Source: a virus (lineage: Duplodnaviria; Caudoviricetes). From it: a DNA stretch of 64,000 bases. The stretch lies in the IMG/VR virus record IMGVR_UViG_3300027608_000010. One strand, given 5' to 3'. Made by a program: the position numbers and the translations under genes. Shown piece after piece: positions 46,692-57,000 of the stretch. How positions within the stretch are numbered: position 1 is the first letter of the stretch; every line of letters starts with the position of its first letter. Under the pieces are notes generated by a model, which saw only the letters and a list, made by a program, of their open reading frames with translations, did no database searches and was not told the origin of the DNA.

Positions 46692-49600
46692 ATGTCATGG
46701 AATAGATTTTTTAACGGACCTAGTAAAAATTATAAAGATGATAGAGGCCGAACCAACTTAATTCCTAGCGCCGTCGTCGGTACAGTTAAACATAATATAG
46801 ACCCTAAAAAATCAGGACAAATCAAAGTATACCTTCATAGGTTAGATGCAGGAGATCAAAACAATCCTGATAATTGGACTACGGTAGATTATCTAAGCCC
46901 CTTCTTTGGTACTACACCTAATACAGGTAGTCCTGATAATGAATTCGGTACTTTTAAAGACAATCCACAAAGTTATGGTTTTTGGTTTACTCCTCCTGAT
47001 TTGGGAATTCAAGTAGTTTGTTTGTTTGAAAATGGTGTATCAGATTTTGGATGGTATATAGGTAGTATTCCTAGAACTGGAGTAATGCATATGGTGCCTG
47101 CTATAGGATCATCAGATTCCATTGTGTCAAATGAAGCAGAGGCAAAAAATTACGGTGGTGCTACATTATTGCCTGTAGGTGAGATTAACGATATAAGACC
47201 CAGCAATAGATATGGTACTCAACTAACTTCACACCCAAGACCTGTGCATAGTTATATGGCTGCAAGTTTAAATAATCAAGGATTGATACGTGACCCTGAT
47301 CGAGGAACAATTAGTAGCAGTAGTAGTCGTGAAAGTCCTAGTAAAGTATTTGGTATAAGCACTCCTGGTAGAGCAATATATCAAGGGGGATATTCTGATT
47401 CAACCATACTAGATGCAGTAAAAGATGCTACAATCCCAGAAGATAATTATAAAGTAGTAGGTCGAAGAGCCGGACATACACTTGTAATGGATGATGGAGA
47501 TCTACAAGGCAAAGATCAATTAATGAGATTTCGAACTGCTGCCGGTCACATGATTATGATGAATGATACTATTGGTACTTTATTCATTGTACATGCAAGT
47601 GGTAAAAGTTATATTGAGATGGGCAAAGAAGGCACCATTGATATGTATTCTACTAACAGTGTTAATATACGAACTCAAGGTGATTTGAATCTACATGCTG
47701 ATAATAATATAAACATCAATGCTAAAAACGATTTGAATATTTCTGCTACTAACATTAAGATAGAAAGTTTTCAAGATACTTCTCAATTCACAGGCGGTAC
47801 ATTGCAACAACATACTAAAGGAGATCATACTTTAAAAGTTGACAGTAAAATGTCATTTGAAAGTTCCGGCGATAGTATGATAAAAAGTGGAGGAACTAAT
47901 TACATTAAAGGTGGACCAAATGTAAAATTAAACACAGGTGAAAGTTCACTCTCTCCTCAAGAAGTTAAACCTATTCCGCAAGTTGCACACACTGACACAT
48001 TGTTTGATAAAGAAAAAGGATATCTTGCGGCCCCGGCCAAGTTGCCTAGTATTGTTAGTCGTGCTCCGGCACACAGCCCTTGGGCCGGAGCAAATCAAGG
48101 TGTAAATGTAAAAATTGATTTGACTGCTGACGCTAATTTACCAGAAGCCGCTTCACCAGCCGTCACTGCAACTAACGTTGCCGCAAACGAAAATTCTACT
48201 TCTCCGGTTGCAAGTTCAGCAGTACAATCAACTGTTCCTGATAATGTCACTGAAGAAAACAAAGCATTAGTTTCTCAGATAGCGGTTAATTCACAGACCG
48301 CTGATCAAAAAGTTGGGCTATCGGTAAATCAAGTAGCGGCTATAAAAGAAGCAGATGGAGCAAAAGTTCCCGCTGTTGGACCTTTGGGATTGAATCCACA
48401 TCAACTTGAGGCTGCTGGTTATATTAAACCCGGCACAGCAGATGCTGTGGTCGCCGCAACCACTAGTGGTAAGACTATCGAACAAGCGATGCCTCCAAAT
48501 ATCTTTACTGGTAAAGACGGTATAAATTCAATGAAAGACTTAGTTAATAATACTCCTGCTCAAGTTACAGTTGCAAATAATTTGTTAACTAAGTCAAAAA
48601 CTGCATTAACAACAGCAGGAGTAATCACTGGCAAAGAAGATCCATCACAAGTTAGTGGATTAGTATTAGCAGGCGCAACCCATGGCACACAGGCAACAGC
48701 AGATTTTGTTAAATCTACGGCAGCCGGAACAAATACAAGTCTTCCAAGTAAAATAGGTGCAGCAATAGTTGCCGGCGGAGTAGCAATAGCTTCCAAAATA
48801 GCTTCTAAATTAGGAATTAAAATTCCACCTAACATAAGTGAAAAATTGTCTGGTTCTATAAAAGACATAGTAGGTTCTGGTAACAAAGCGGCTGAAATTC
48901 AAGAAAAAGCTACAGGACCATTAAGTGGAGCAAAAATTCTTGATAATTTAAAAGGTGCGGTATCTTCCGCGTTTGATAAAATTAAGAAAGGCTTCAAGTC
49001 ATTAACTGCGGGCAAACCACAAAATCTAACAACAATCAATGCAAAAAATGATGAAGAAAAAGCAGCCGTAGATGCAGGTGAAACTGCAGCCTTGGATGCA
49101 GGAGCACAGGCTCCCCAGAGCACAGCAGTAAAAGCACCAACATTAAAAGAATCATTATCAAAAGTGGGTTCTAAAATTAAAGCATTCTTTACTCCTAATC
49201 CTAGTGGAACTGCTAATTTAACAGCAGGTAGTGCAACAGCATCAAATCTAGTAGAAGTAAATCATGAAGGGCAATCAATGATTGTTGATAATAATATGCC
49301 TACTAAAGAAAATCCTTATGCTGGATTGTCAGATGAGCAAAGGAAGTCTTTTGGCAACGCTGACCCCACTGATCCGTATATACGTGCTAGATTGGGAGTA
49401 CCACCATTAGTAAGCACAACTGCAACAGCTAGTTCCGGTACAAGTGGTGCATCATTACCCGGAACCGCTGGAATCTCGGGCGTACTAGGATCTATCAAAT
49501 CAAGTATTTCAGCAGGTGCAGATAAAGTGAAGGGTGCTATTGCTTCTCTTAAGACTAAACTTACCGGAGCAAATAAACTTACTGATGTAGCAAACAAAGA

Positions 49601-50168
49601 TTTAGGTCCTGCAGAATCTGCAAAACTTAGCGCATCTTTAAATTCAATGAAAACAGGCGGATCAAGTATTGTTTTACCTACAGTGGCTGTGGGTACAACA
49701 AACACAGCAGTTCAATCTGCCCAATTTGGCGCATTGTTGGGTGATTTGAAAATGCCACCAGGTAATTTAGGTGATGGTATCCCGACAGGGTCATTCTCGG
49801 TTCCAACTGCGGCCCAATCTGCAAACTATGACAAGTTGAAAAAAGAATTAACTGAACTTGATACTAATAAAAAATGGGATTTACAAACAAAATATTTCAA
49901 TTCTAAGAAAAAGAACGGTGAAGAAGCCGCAGAAACAACCACAGCTAAAGAAGAATGGCAAACATGTCTGAAACGAATTGAACAAATCAGAGGTGAAATG
50001 TACACTAATCAAACTGGTAATCCTCCACCAACTCAAGTACCCCCAGCCAATGCACCAATAGATATCAATAAAAACTTGACAGTAGCAGCAGGAATGCAAG
50101 AAGGCGGTCCCGGTCGTCAAGCAATAGAATCAATAGGGGCGTCTTTTAAAGGATCTCTTAACCAATAA
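46692..50168 (+). CDS. gp5: Baseplate spike (T4 gp5/VgrG-like) with long C-terminal extension
   Basis: 1158 aa. OB-fold (SYGFWFTPPDLGIQVVCLF), GHTLVMDDG, beta-helix repeats, then about 740 extra residues. Confidence 0.8.
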   Translation: MSWNRFFNGPSKNYKDDRGRTNLIPSAVVGTVKHNIDPKKSGQIKVYLHRLDAGDQNNPDNWTTVDYLSPFFGTTPNTGSPDNEFGTFKDNPQSYGFWFTPPDLGIQVVCLFENGVSDFGWYIGSIPRTGVMHMVPAIGSSDSIVSNEAEAKNYGGATLLPVGEINDIRPSNRYGTQLTSHPRPVHSYMAASLNNQGLIRDPDRGTISSSSSRESPSKVFGISTPGRAIYQGGYSDSTILDAVKDATIPEDNYKVVGRRAGHTLVMDDGDLQGKDQLMRFRTAAGHMIMMNDTIGTLFIVHASGKSYIEMGKEGTIDMYSTNSVNIRTQGDLNLHADNNININAKNDLNISATNIKIESFQDTSQFTGGTLQQHTKGDHTLKVDSKMSFESSGDSMIKSGGTNYIKGGPNVKLNTGESSLSPQEVKPIPQVAHTDTLFDKEKGYLAAPAKLPSIVSRAPAHSPWAGANQGVNVKIDLTADANLPEAASPAVTATNVAANENSTSPVASSAVQSTVPDNVTEENKALVSQIAVNSQTADQKVGLSVNQVAAIKEADGAKVPAVGPLGLNPHQLEAAGYIKPGTADAVVAATTSGKTIEQAMPPNIFTGKDGINSMKDLVNNTPAQVTVANNLLTKSKTALTTAGVITGKEDPSQVSGLVLAGATHGTQATADFVKSTAAGTNTSLPSKIGAAIVAGGVAIASKIASKLGIKIPPNISEKLSGSIKDIVGSGNKAAEIQEKATGPLSGAKILDNLKGAVSSAFDKIKKGFKSLTAGKPQNLTTINAKNDEEKAAVDAGETAALDAGAQAPQSTAVKAPTLKESLSKVGSKIKAFFTPNPSGTANLTAGSATASNLVEVNHEGQSMIVDNNMPTKENPYAGLSDEQRKSFGNADPTDPYIRARLGVPPLVSTTATASSGTSGASLPGTAGISGVLGSIKSSISAGADKVKGAIASLKTKLTGANKLTDVANKDLGPAESAKLSASLNSMKTGGSSIVLPTVAVGTTNTAVQSAQFGALLGDLKMPPGNLGDGIPTGSFSVPTAAQSANYDKLKKELTELDTNKKWDLQTKYFNSKKKNGEEAAETTTAKEEWQTCLKRIEQIRGEMYTNQTGNPPPTQVPPANAPIDINKNLTVAAGMQEGGPGRQAIESIGASFKGSLNQ

Positions 50169-50183
50169 AGTATAGGAAAAAAT

Positions 50184-50636
50184 ATGGCAACCTACATAGG
50201 ATTTAACACACAACATGTCAACGAAGTGAGACAAACAATAGACTCAACCAACACCGGCGTTGCTGGCAGCATTCCACTAAACTCGCCAATGAAGTCTAAG
50301 AATAAATTTAGAACGCTGGATGAGGAATTAGTAATTCAAGATTTTATTAATGCACTAAACATACAACAGGGGTCTAAGCCCGGTAATCCAGGATACGGTA
50401 CTTCTTTGTGGAGTTTTGTATTTGAACCAAACACAACTGAAACAAGAGTTGTCTTAGAAGAAGAAATTATGAGAGTTGCTTCCTTTGACCCTAGAATAGC
50501 AGTAAGTATTACTGGGGTAGTATCTAGGGAGAATGGAATATCAATGACTATTGATATGTATGTGCTACCCTTCAATAATCCTATTTCACTATCAATATTA
50601 TTCGACCAGAACAGTTCAATGGCAATTGGATCTTAA
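50184..50636 (+). CDS. gp25: Baseplate wedge subunit (T4 gp25-like)
   Basis: 150 aa. LVIQDFINALNIQQG, NPGYGTSLWSFVFEP, FDPRI. Confidence 0.9.
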   Translation: MATYIGFNTQHVNEVRQTIDSTNTGVAGSIPLNSPMKSKNKFRTLDEELVIQDFINALNIQQGSKPGNPGYGTSLWSFVFEPNTTETRVVLEEEIMRVASFDPRIAVSITGVVSRENGISMTIDMYVLPFNNPISLSILFDQNSSMAIGS

Positions 50637-50655
50637 AAACAGCCATTTTTTATAT

Positions 50656-50663
50656 GATAAATA
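50656..50663 (+). promoter_or_regulatory. Putative late promoter GATAAATA
   Basis: Intergenic, upstream of gp6. Confidence 0.65.
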
Positions 50664-50683
50664 TATAAAAGAGATTATATAAT

Positions 50684-53600
50684 ATGGCCACAAGTTCACG
50701 ACAAACTTCTATTTTTGGTGTAAATGACTGGAAATCCATCTATAAAACATATAGACAAGCAGATTTACAGAGTTATGATTACGAAACCCTTCGTAAAACC
50801 TTTGTGGATTATTTACAAACATATTATCCAGAAACATTCAATGATTATGTTGAATCTAGTGAATATGTAGCATTACTAGATGTTATTGCTTATATGGGAC
50901 AGGCTCTTGCTTTCCGTGATGATTTGAATGCCCGTGAAAATTTTATAGACACCGCAGAACGCCGCGACAGTGTTATTAAACTAGCAAACTTAGTTGGATA
51001 TAACCCAAAACGTAATATTGCCGCCCAAGGATACTTGAAGATTTCATCCATACAAACTACCGAGCAGGTTAGGGATGTCAATGGATTGCAATTAAGTAAC
51101 CTAACAGTATTATGGAATGATCCTGCAAATCCAAACTGGCAAGAACAATTTAATAGTATTATTAATGCCGCCCTAATAACTTCTCAGCGTGTTGGTAGAC
51201 CTGGAAATAGTAAAGACATTTTAGGGGTACGCACCGATGAGTATACGGTTCAACGATCAACAGGCATATTACCTGTTGCTTCTTTTAGCGCAGTAGTACA
51301 GGGCACTAACATGAATTTTGAGTGTGTCAGTGTAACAAGTTTAAACGCAGATAATGTATATGAGATGAGTCCCAACTTAAATTCAAATTTTAATATTCTT
51401 TATAGAAACGACAAACTAGGTTATGGGAGTATTAATACTGGGTTCTTTATGTACTTCAAGCAAGGTTCATTGCAGCCTTATAACTTTAATGTGTCAGAAC
51501 AAATTGGCAATCAGTTGATCGATATTAATATTCAAGGGATTAATAACAGTGATACTTGGTTGTATAGACTTGATCCTATAACTGGTTTAGAAAAAAACTG
51601 GACACAAGTAGAAAATATATATGATAGTACTAGAAATACACAAACCTCTAATAATAAACAGATTTTTAGTGTAGTTTCTAGATTCAACGATCAAGTAAGT
51701 TATACGTTTGGCGACGGTGTATTTGGTAAAATACCTAACGGTAACTTTAGAGCATATGTTAGAACTAGTAATGCATTGACATATACAATTAATTCAGATG
51801 AGTTTCAAGGTACTTCTATTATTATGACATATGTCAGTAGAACCGGAAGAATCGAAACATTATCAATATCATTAGAATTGATGACACCAATCTCAAACGC
51901 ACAGGGAAGAGAATCTCTAACTAATATTAAACAACGTGCTCCACAACGATACTACAGCCAAAATCGTATGGTTAACGGAGAAGATTATAATAACTTTCCC
52001 TTCACACTTTTTAATAGTATTATCAAAAGTAAAGCGTTGAACCGCAGTAGTGTTGGCGTTAGTAGAAATTTTGATTTACTAGACCCAACAGGAAAATATT
52101 CAAGTACTAACGTCTTTGCTGATGACGGTGGATTGTATATAGAAGAAACTGATGGAAATCTAATTTTTAATGCTTATACTACAAATGATATTTTAGTTTT
52201 TCTAACTGATACGTTAAGCAATGCATTGAACAATCACCGAGTTTTTCAATACTATACTCAACAATTCGTAAGATATAAAATTGATGCTAGTTCCGGGGAC
52301 AACGATATCATGTGGCATCAAAGTTCCTTTAACGATTTAGAATCAACTGGTTATTTTTATAACAATTCCGGTCCTGTTTCAATTGGGGTATTTACTACTG
52401 GTAACGTAAAATATCTTACTGAAGGCGCTCTATTAAAATTTAAAGCTCCAAGTGGATATTATTTCAATAAAAATAATAAGTTAGTAGAAGGTTTGCCAGG
52501 CGTTGCTGATAGCATTTATCTTTGGACAAGTATTTCTGCTGTTATCGGTGAAGGGACTAATAACGGCGAGGGTAATCTGATTACTGGCTACGGTCCTGTA
52601 ACGTTGAATAATCCACTACAAACCGGATTGATTTTACGGGAAGTATTACCGTCATTTACAAACTCATTACCAACTACATTGATACAAGAAATTTCTACTC
52701 AAGTCCTATTAGGTCAAAATTTTAGTTTGGTTTTTAGAAATGACTTATTAGTGAATCAAGACCGATGGTACCTAAGTACAGTTACAGATAGCAAATATTT
52801 TGTTAAATTTGAAAGTTTAGGATCTGGTAGATATAAAGTAACATATAAATCTATTGCTTATTACTTTGCAAGTTCTTCAAGTGTGCGTTTTGCTTTTAAT
52901 AAAAATAGAATTATATATGATCCTGCAACAGGAAAATTATTACAAGACTATATCAATGTTCTAAAAGTAAACAGTTATCCTGATAGTAACTATCCTTTCC
53001 CTACTGATACTAAATTAAGTATAGTGGGACAACTAACTGAAATAGATGGGTATGTGGATGATTATAGTGTTGAAGTATCAAGCACGGATCCAAATACAGC
53101 CGGAGCAATCAAGAATCCTGATTTTTTCTACCTATTAACAGGATATGCCACTGGCTCAACTAATCTTTTTAAATATGTATTTTTTGAATTGATTACTGAT
53201 TCTAACTTATTAACTAGATATCAAATGGTAGAAACTAACACCATTAACTATGCTTACACTAGCAGACAAGAAATTGCTTTGGTGAGATACGAGTTTCCAC
53301 CAAATAGTGTATTTTTTGCAGGTAAAGAAAAAACTTTTTATAAAACAATACAGAATACTAGTAACAAGAATGTAATTGAAGTTGTCCAAGTTGACAATTA
53401 TATTGCAAAAATAGGTCGCCAAGGTTTAGCTTTCCAATACAAACACAACTCAAGTAATACTACACGTATTGATCCAGCAACCACTAATATCATTGATTTG
53501 TTCTTAGTAACACAGAGTTACTATACACAGTATCAAAATTGGATTAAGGATTCAAGTGGTAGATTATCAGAACCAGAGAAACCAACGCTTGATGAATTGA

Positions 53601-54040
53601 ATCTAATTTATTCAACAGTAAATGATTATAAAATGTTGACTGATAGTCTGATATTAAACTGTGTAACATTTAAACCATTGTTTGGTATAAAGGCAGAATC
53701 AAAACTACAAGCAACTATTAAGGTTATTAAATCTGGCACAACAACTGCCAGCGATAGTGAAGTTCGGTCAGCAGTATTAACCTCAATGAATTCATATTTT
53801 TCAATTGACAATTGGACATTTGGTGATACATTTTATTTTAGCGAATTAAGTGCATTCACTCACAGCACCATTGGCGATTTAGTAAGTTCAATAGTATTAG
53901 TACCAAATGATCCTTCATTAAAATTTGGGGATTTGTATGAGATACATAGCTCCCCTTATGAGATTTTTGTTAACGCGGCGCAAGCTAGTGATATCACGGT
54001 GATCACTTCACTATCACCGGCAGAATTACAAATAGGTTAA
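50684..54040 (+). CDS. gp6: Baseplate wedge protein (T4 gp6-like)
   Basis: 1118 aa. LQSYDYETLR, ESSEYVALLDVIAY, RENFIDTAERRDSV..LA..VGYNP, FGDGVFGKIP, NRMVNGEDY. Confidence 0.9.
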   Translation: MATSSRQTSIFGVNDWKSIYKTYRQADLQSYDYETLRKTFVDYLQTYYPETFNDYVESSEYVALLDVIAYMGQALAFRDDLNARENFIDTAERRDSVIKLANLVGYNPKRNIAAQGYLKISSIQTTEQVRDVNGLQLSNLTVLWNDPANPNWQEQFNSIINAALITSQRVGRPGNSKDILGVRTDEYTVQRSTGILPVASFSAVVQGTNMNFECVSVTSLNADNVYEMSPNLNSNFNILYRNDKLGYGSINTGFFMYFKQGSLQPYNFNVSEQIGNQLIDINIQGINNSDTWLYRLDPITGLEKNWTQVENIYDSTRNTQTSNNKQIFSVVSRFNDQVSYTFGDGVFGKIPNGNFRAYVRTSNALTYTINSDEFQGTSIIMTYVSRTGRIETLSISLELMTPISNAQGRESLTNIKQRAPQRYYSQNRMVNGEDYNNFPFTLFNSIIKSKALNRSSVGVSRNFDLLDPTGKYSSTNVFADDGGLYIEETDGNLIFNAYTTNDILVFLTDTLSNALNNHRVFQYYTQQFVRYKIDASSGDNDIMWHQSSFNDLESTGYFYNNSGPVSIGVFTTGNVKYLTEGALLKFKAPSGYYFNKNNKLVEGLPGVADSIYLWTSISAVIGEGTNNGEGNLITGYGPVTLNNPLQTGLILREVLPSFTNSLPTTLIQEISTQVLLGQNFSLVFRNDLLVNQDRWYLSTVTDSKYFVKFESLGSGRYKVTYKSIAYYFASSSSVRFAFNKNRIIYDPATGKLLQDYINVLKVNSYPDSNYPFPTDTKLSIVGQLTEIDGYVDDYSVEVSSTDPNTAGAIKNPDFFYLLTGYATGSTNLFKYVFFELITDSNLLTRYQMVETNTINYAYTSRQEIALVRYEFPPNSVFFAGKEKTFYKTIQNTSNKNVIEVVQVDNYIAKIGRQGLAFQYKHNSSNTTRIDPATTNIIDLFLVTQSYYTQYQNWIKDSSGRLSEPEKPTLDELNLIYSTVNDYKMLTDSLILNCVTFKPLFGIKAESKLQATIKVIKSGTTTASDSEVRSAVLTSMNSYFSIDNWTFGDTFYFSELSAFTHSTIGDLVSSIVLVPNDPSLKFGDLYEIHSSPYEIFVNAAQASDITVITSLSPAELQIG

Positions 54041-54055
54041 TATAGGCAACCAGAT

Positions 54056-57000
54056 ATGGCTACACAAGTTAGAACAATTGATTTTTTACCTGAGATATTC
54101 AAGACAAAATCTAATGAACAGTTTTTGGCTGCAACATTAGATCAGATTACTCAGCAACCTGACTTTGTAAAAGTTCAGGGATTTGTAGGTAGTAAATTTG
54201 GTTATGGAGTAACAGCTAGTGATGGCTATGTAAATGAGCCTACTAAAGAAAGAACTGATTATCAATTAGAACCTGCTGTTGTTTTTAAAAAGAAAGATAC
54301 TGATGTTGCAATTGATGCAATACCTTATTCAGGATTGATTGATAGCTTACGAACTGAAGGTGCATTGGGTCTTGACCATAACAAACTTTTTAATAACGAA
54401 TTCTATTCTTGGGACAGTTTCACTGAACTAGACAAGATAATTAACTATAGTCAATATTACTGGTTACCACAGGGACCGGACGATATCATTGTAGCTACTA
54501 ACACGCTTTTCAATAATTTAGATTTCACAGTTACTAATATTGGTGCTGCTTATTCATTGAATTCATTGCTACAGACTTTTACTGAAAATAATCCTACTAT
54601 AACTTTGGTTAGAGGTGGAACATATACCTTTACGGTTAGTCAAGATTCTGAATTTTGGATCCAAACGGAACCGGGCACTAGCGGAGTAAGAGCCGACAGT
54701 CCTAACATTAGTACAAGAGAAGTTGTTGGAGTTGACTTCAATGGTTCTACTCAAGGCACAATTACTTTCACAGTACCATTATCATCTTCACAGAATGATA
54801 ATTACTATCCTGGTAATTTATCAGTTGATTTAGTTTCTGATAAAAAGTTTGATGAAGTGCATGGTAAGTCACTAAGCGAACTTAGTCAAATTGATGGAGA
54901 AGTAAACTTCAATGGTAAGACATTGCTTTTCTACAAATCTACTTCAGCAGATATTGGCTATCGCGGTACATTCTTTGATGAGTATGACTTTGATAGTGAT
55001 TCACCTGGTAACGTTGAAAAAATAAGTATTGAAGTTACACAAACAGAAGCAATTGGTAATCTAATTCATACCACCTCAACTAGTGATTTAGCAGTTGGTT
55101 CCGATATTACTTTTTCTGGCATATCGTTTGGTGGGATAATAGTTGGTCAAGTGTACTATGTTAAAACTGTTAATAGTTCAACTACGTTTACTATTGCACC
55201 AACGTTTGACGGAACAGTTGTAGCACTAACAAACGGGTCAACTGATTCAAATGCTCCACTATTGGCAGAGGTTAATGTGGGCGGTCTTGAAGAAGGCAAA
55301 ACAACTACAGTAAATGATAATTTTTATAAAATTACATTAGTTGGTGATATCAACAATCCAACAATATATCTAGAAGAACATAGTGCAATACCCAACGACC
55401 AACGTATTCAAGTCACCAATGGAAAAGAATATGTTAATCGTGTTCTTGTAAGAAATACATACGGTGAAATATTATTAGTTCCTATAATTACTGCAAACTT
55501 AGATACTCTATATTATCAAGACGGTAAAACAGAAACTCAATTTGGTAAAATCAACCTAGTTGATGGTCTATATCTATCAAAAATTGATGTACTTACAGAT
55601 ATATTAAACAAACCAAACTACAAAAGCCCAAATGATGTAAAATTTACTAATGGCATAAAAGTTAAATTCTTTGGTAATGTATTTCCAGAAGAATATTTAC
55701 AGGACGCATACTATGTTGAGGGGGTTGGATCATCCATTCAATTAATACCTGTTTCAGAACAACTTGTACCTGAACCATTCACTGAAGGTGAAGCAGTTCC
55801 ATTAGACTCTGATGGGTTCGATGTTAGTCCATATAGTGATAGTGCATTAGTACCTGCATTGCCAGACTACATTACAATTGGTCGAGGTAGCAAAAATAAA
55901 AATGGCTGGAGTCGTAGTAATAGATGGTTTCATGTAAATGCTTTAAATTTAACACTAGAAAAAAATTCAAATAGTCCGTTAGTGTTGTCTGCTTTTAATA
56001 ACTCAGATGTTAGAGCCAAACGCCCAATAATAGAATTTTACCCTGACTTAAAATTATTCAATTCAGGTGCAATAGGCAAACCTCCTGTTGATTTTATTGA
56101 TTTGAATACTACTAATGCTTTTACTCAAGTATCCGGTAAGTTAGCAACCACATATCATCCTGACGGGGCATCCTCGTTTGCATTTGATGGCGCACGAATT
56201 ATCTTTGCAAATGATGATGATCCTAAAATTAAAGGACAAATATTTATAGTGTCGTTAGCTGATAACAACAGTGATTACAGGTTTAAGGTAACTTTAAGCA
56301 AAGCAGTCAATGGAGAAGTGCGGTTTAATGATCAAACAGTTATAACAAAGGGTGAGTATTCTAAGGGACTTACTTATTATTTTGATGGATCAAATTGGCA
56401 TGAAGCACAATCTAAGAAAACAATAAACCAACCACCGTTGTTTGATTTATTTGATTCTAATGGTATTAGTTACGGGAACGATGAATATTACCCAGGAACT
56501 GACTTTAGTGGTACAAAACTATTTAGTTATGCTGAGGGTGCCGGTCAACCCGACCCTATCTTAAAATTCCCAATTAAATATAGTTCAATAACAAATATCG
56601 GTGATATCGTATTTGAATCAAGGTTAAACTCTGACACATTCAATTATGTAGCTGATAGTACTTCAATTACCTCTAACATTAACAATGGATATGTCCATTC
56701 ATATGATTCTAATATTGATTTTACTAGATTGATTGGATGGCAGACAGCAGTTGAATATAGTATTCAATATCAAATTTTCAATTTAGTTTACACTGGTTCT
56801 TCTTTAATATGTGATATTGCAGCCAAAGACCCTGAATCTACTAAGTGGCCAGTCATTACGGTATATGAAGATAATCAAAGAATAACTGATTACGAATATA
56901 CTACCTCTGCTACAACAACTAAAATAACATTGCTAACTCCACCACCGATAGGGACACCAGTTGAGATTTTAATTCACAGTGATCAAGTATCCAAGATTGG

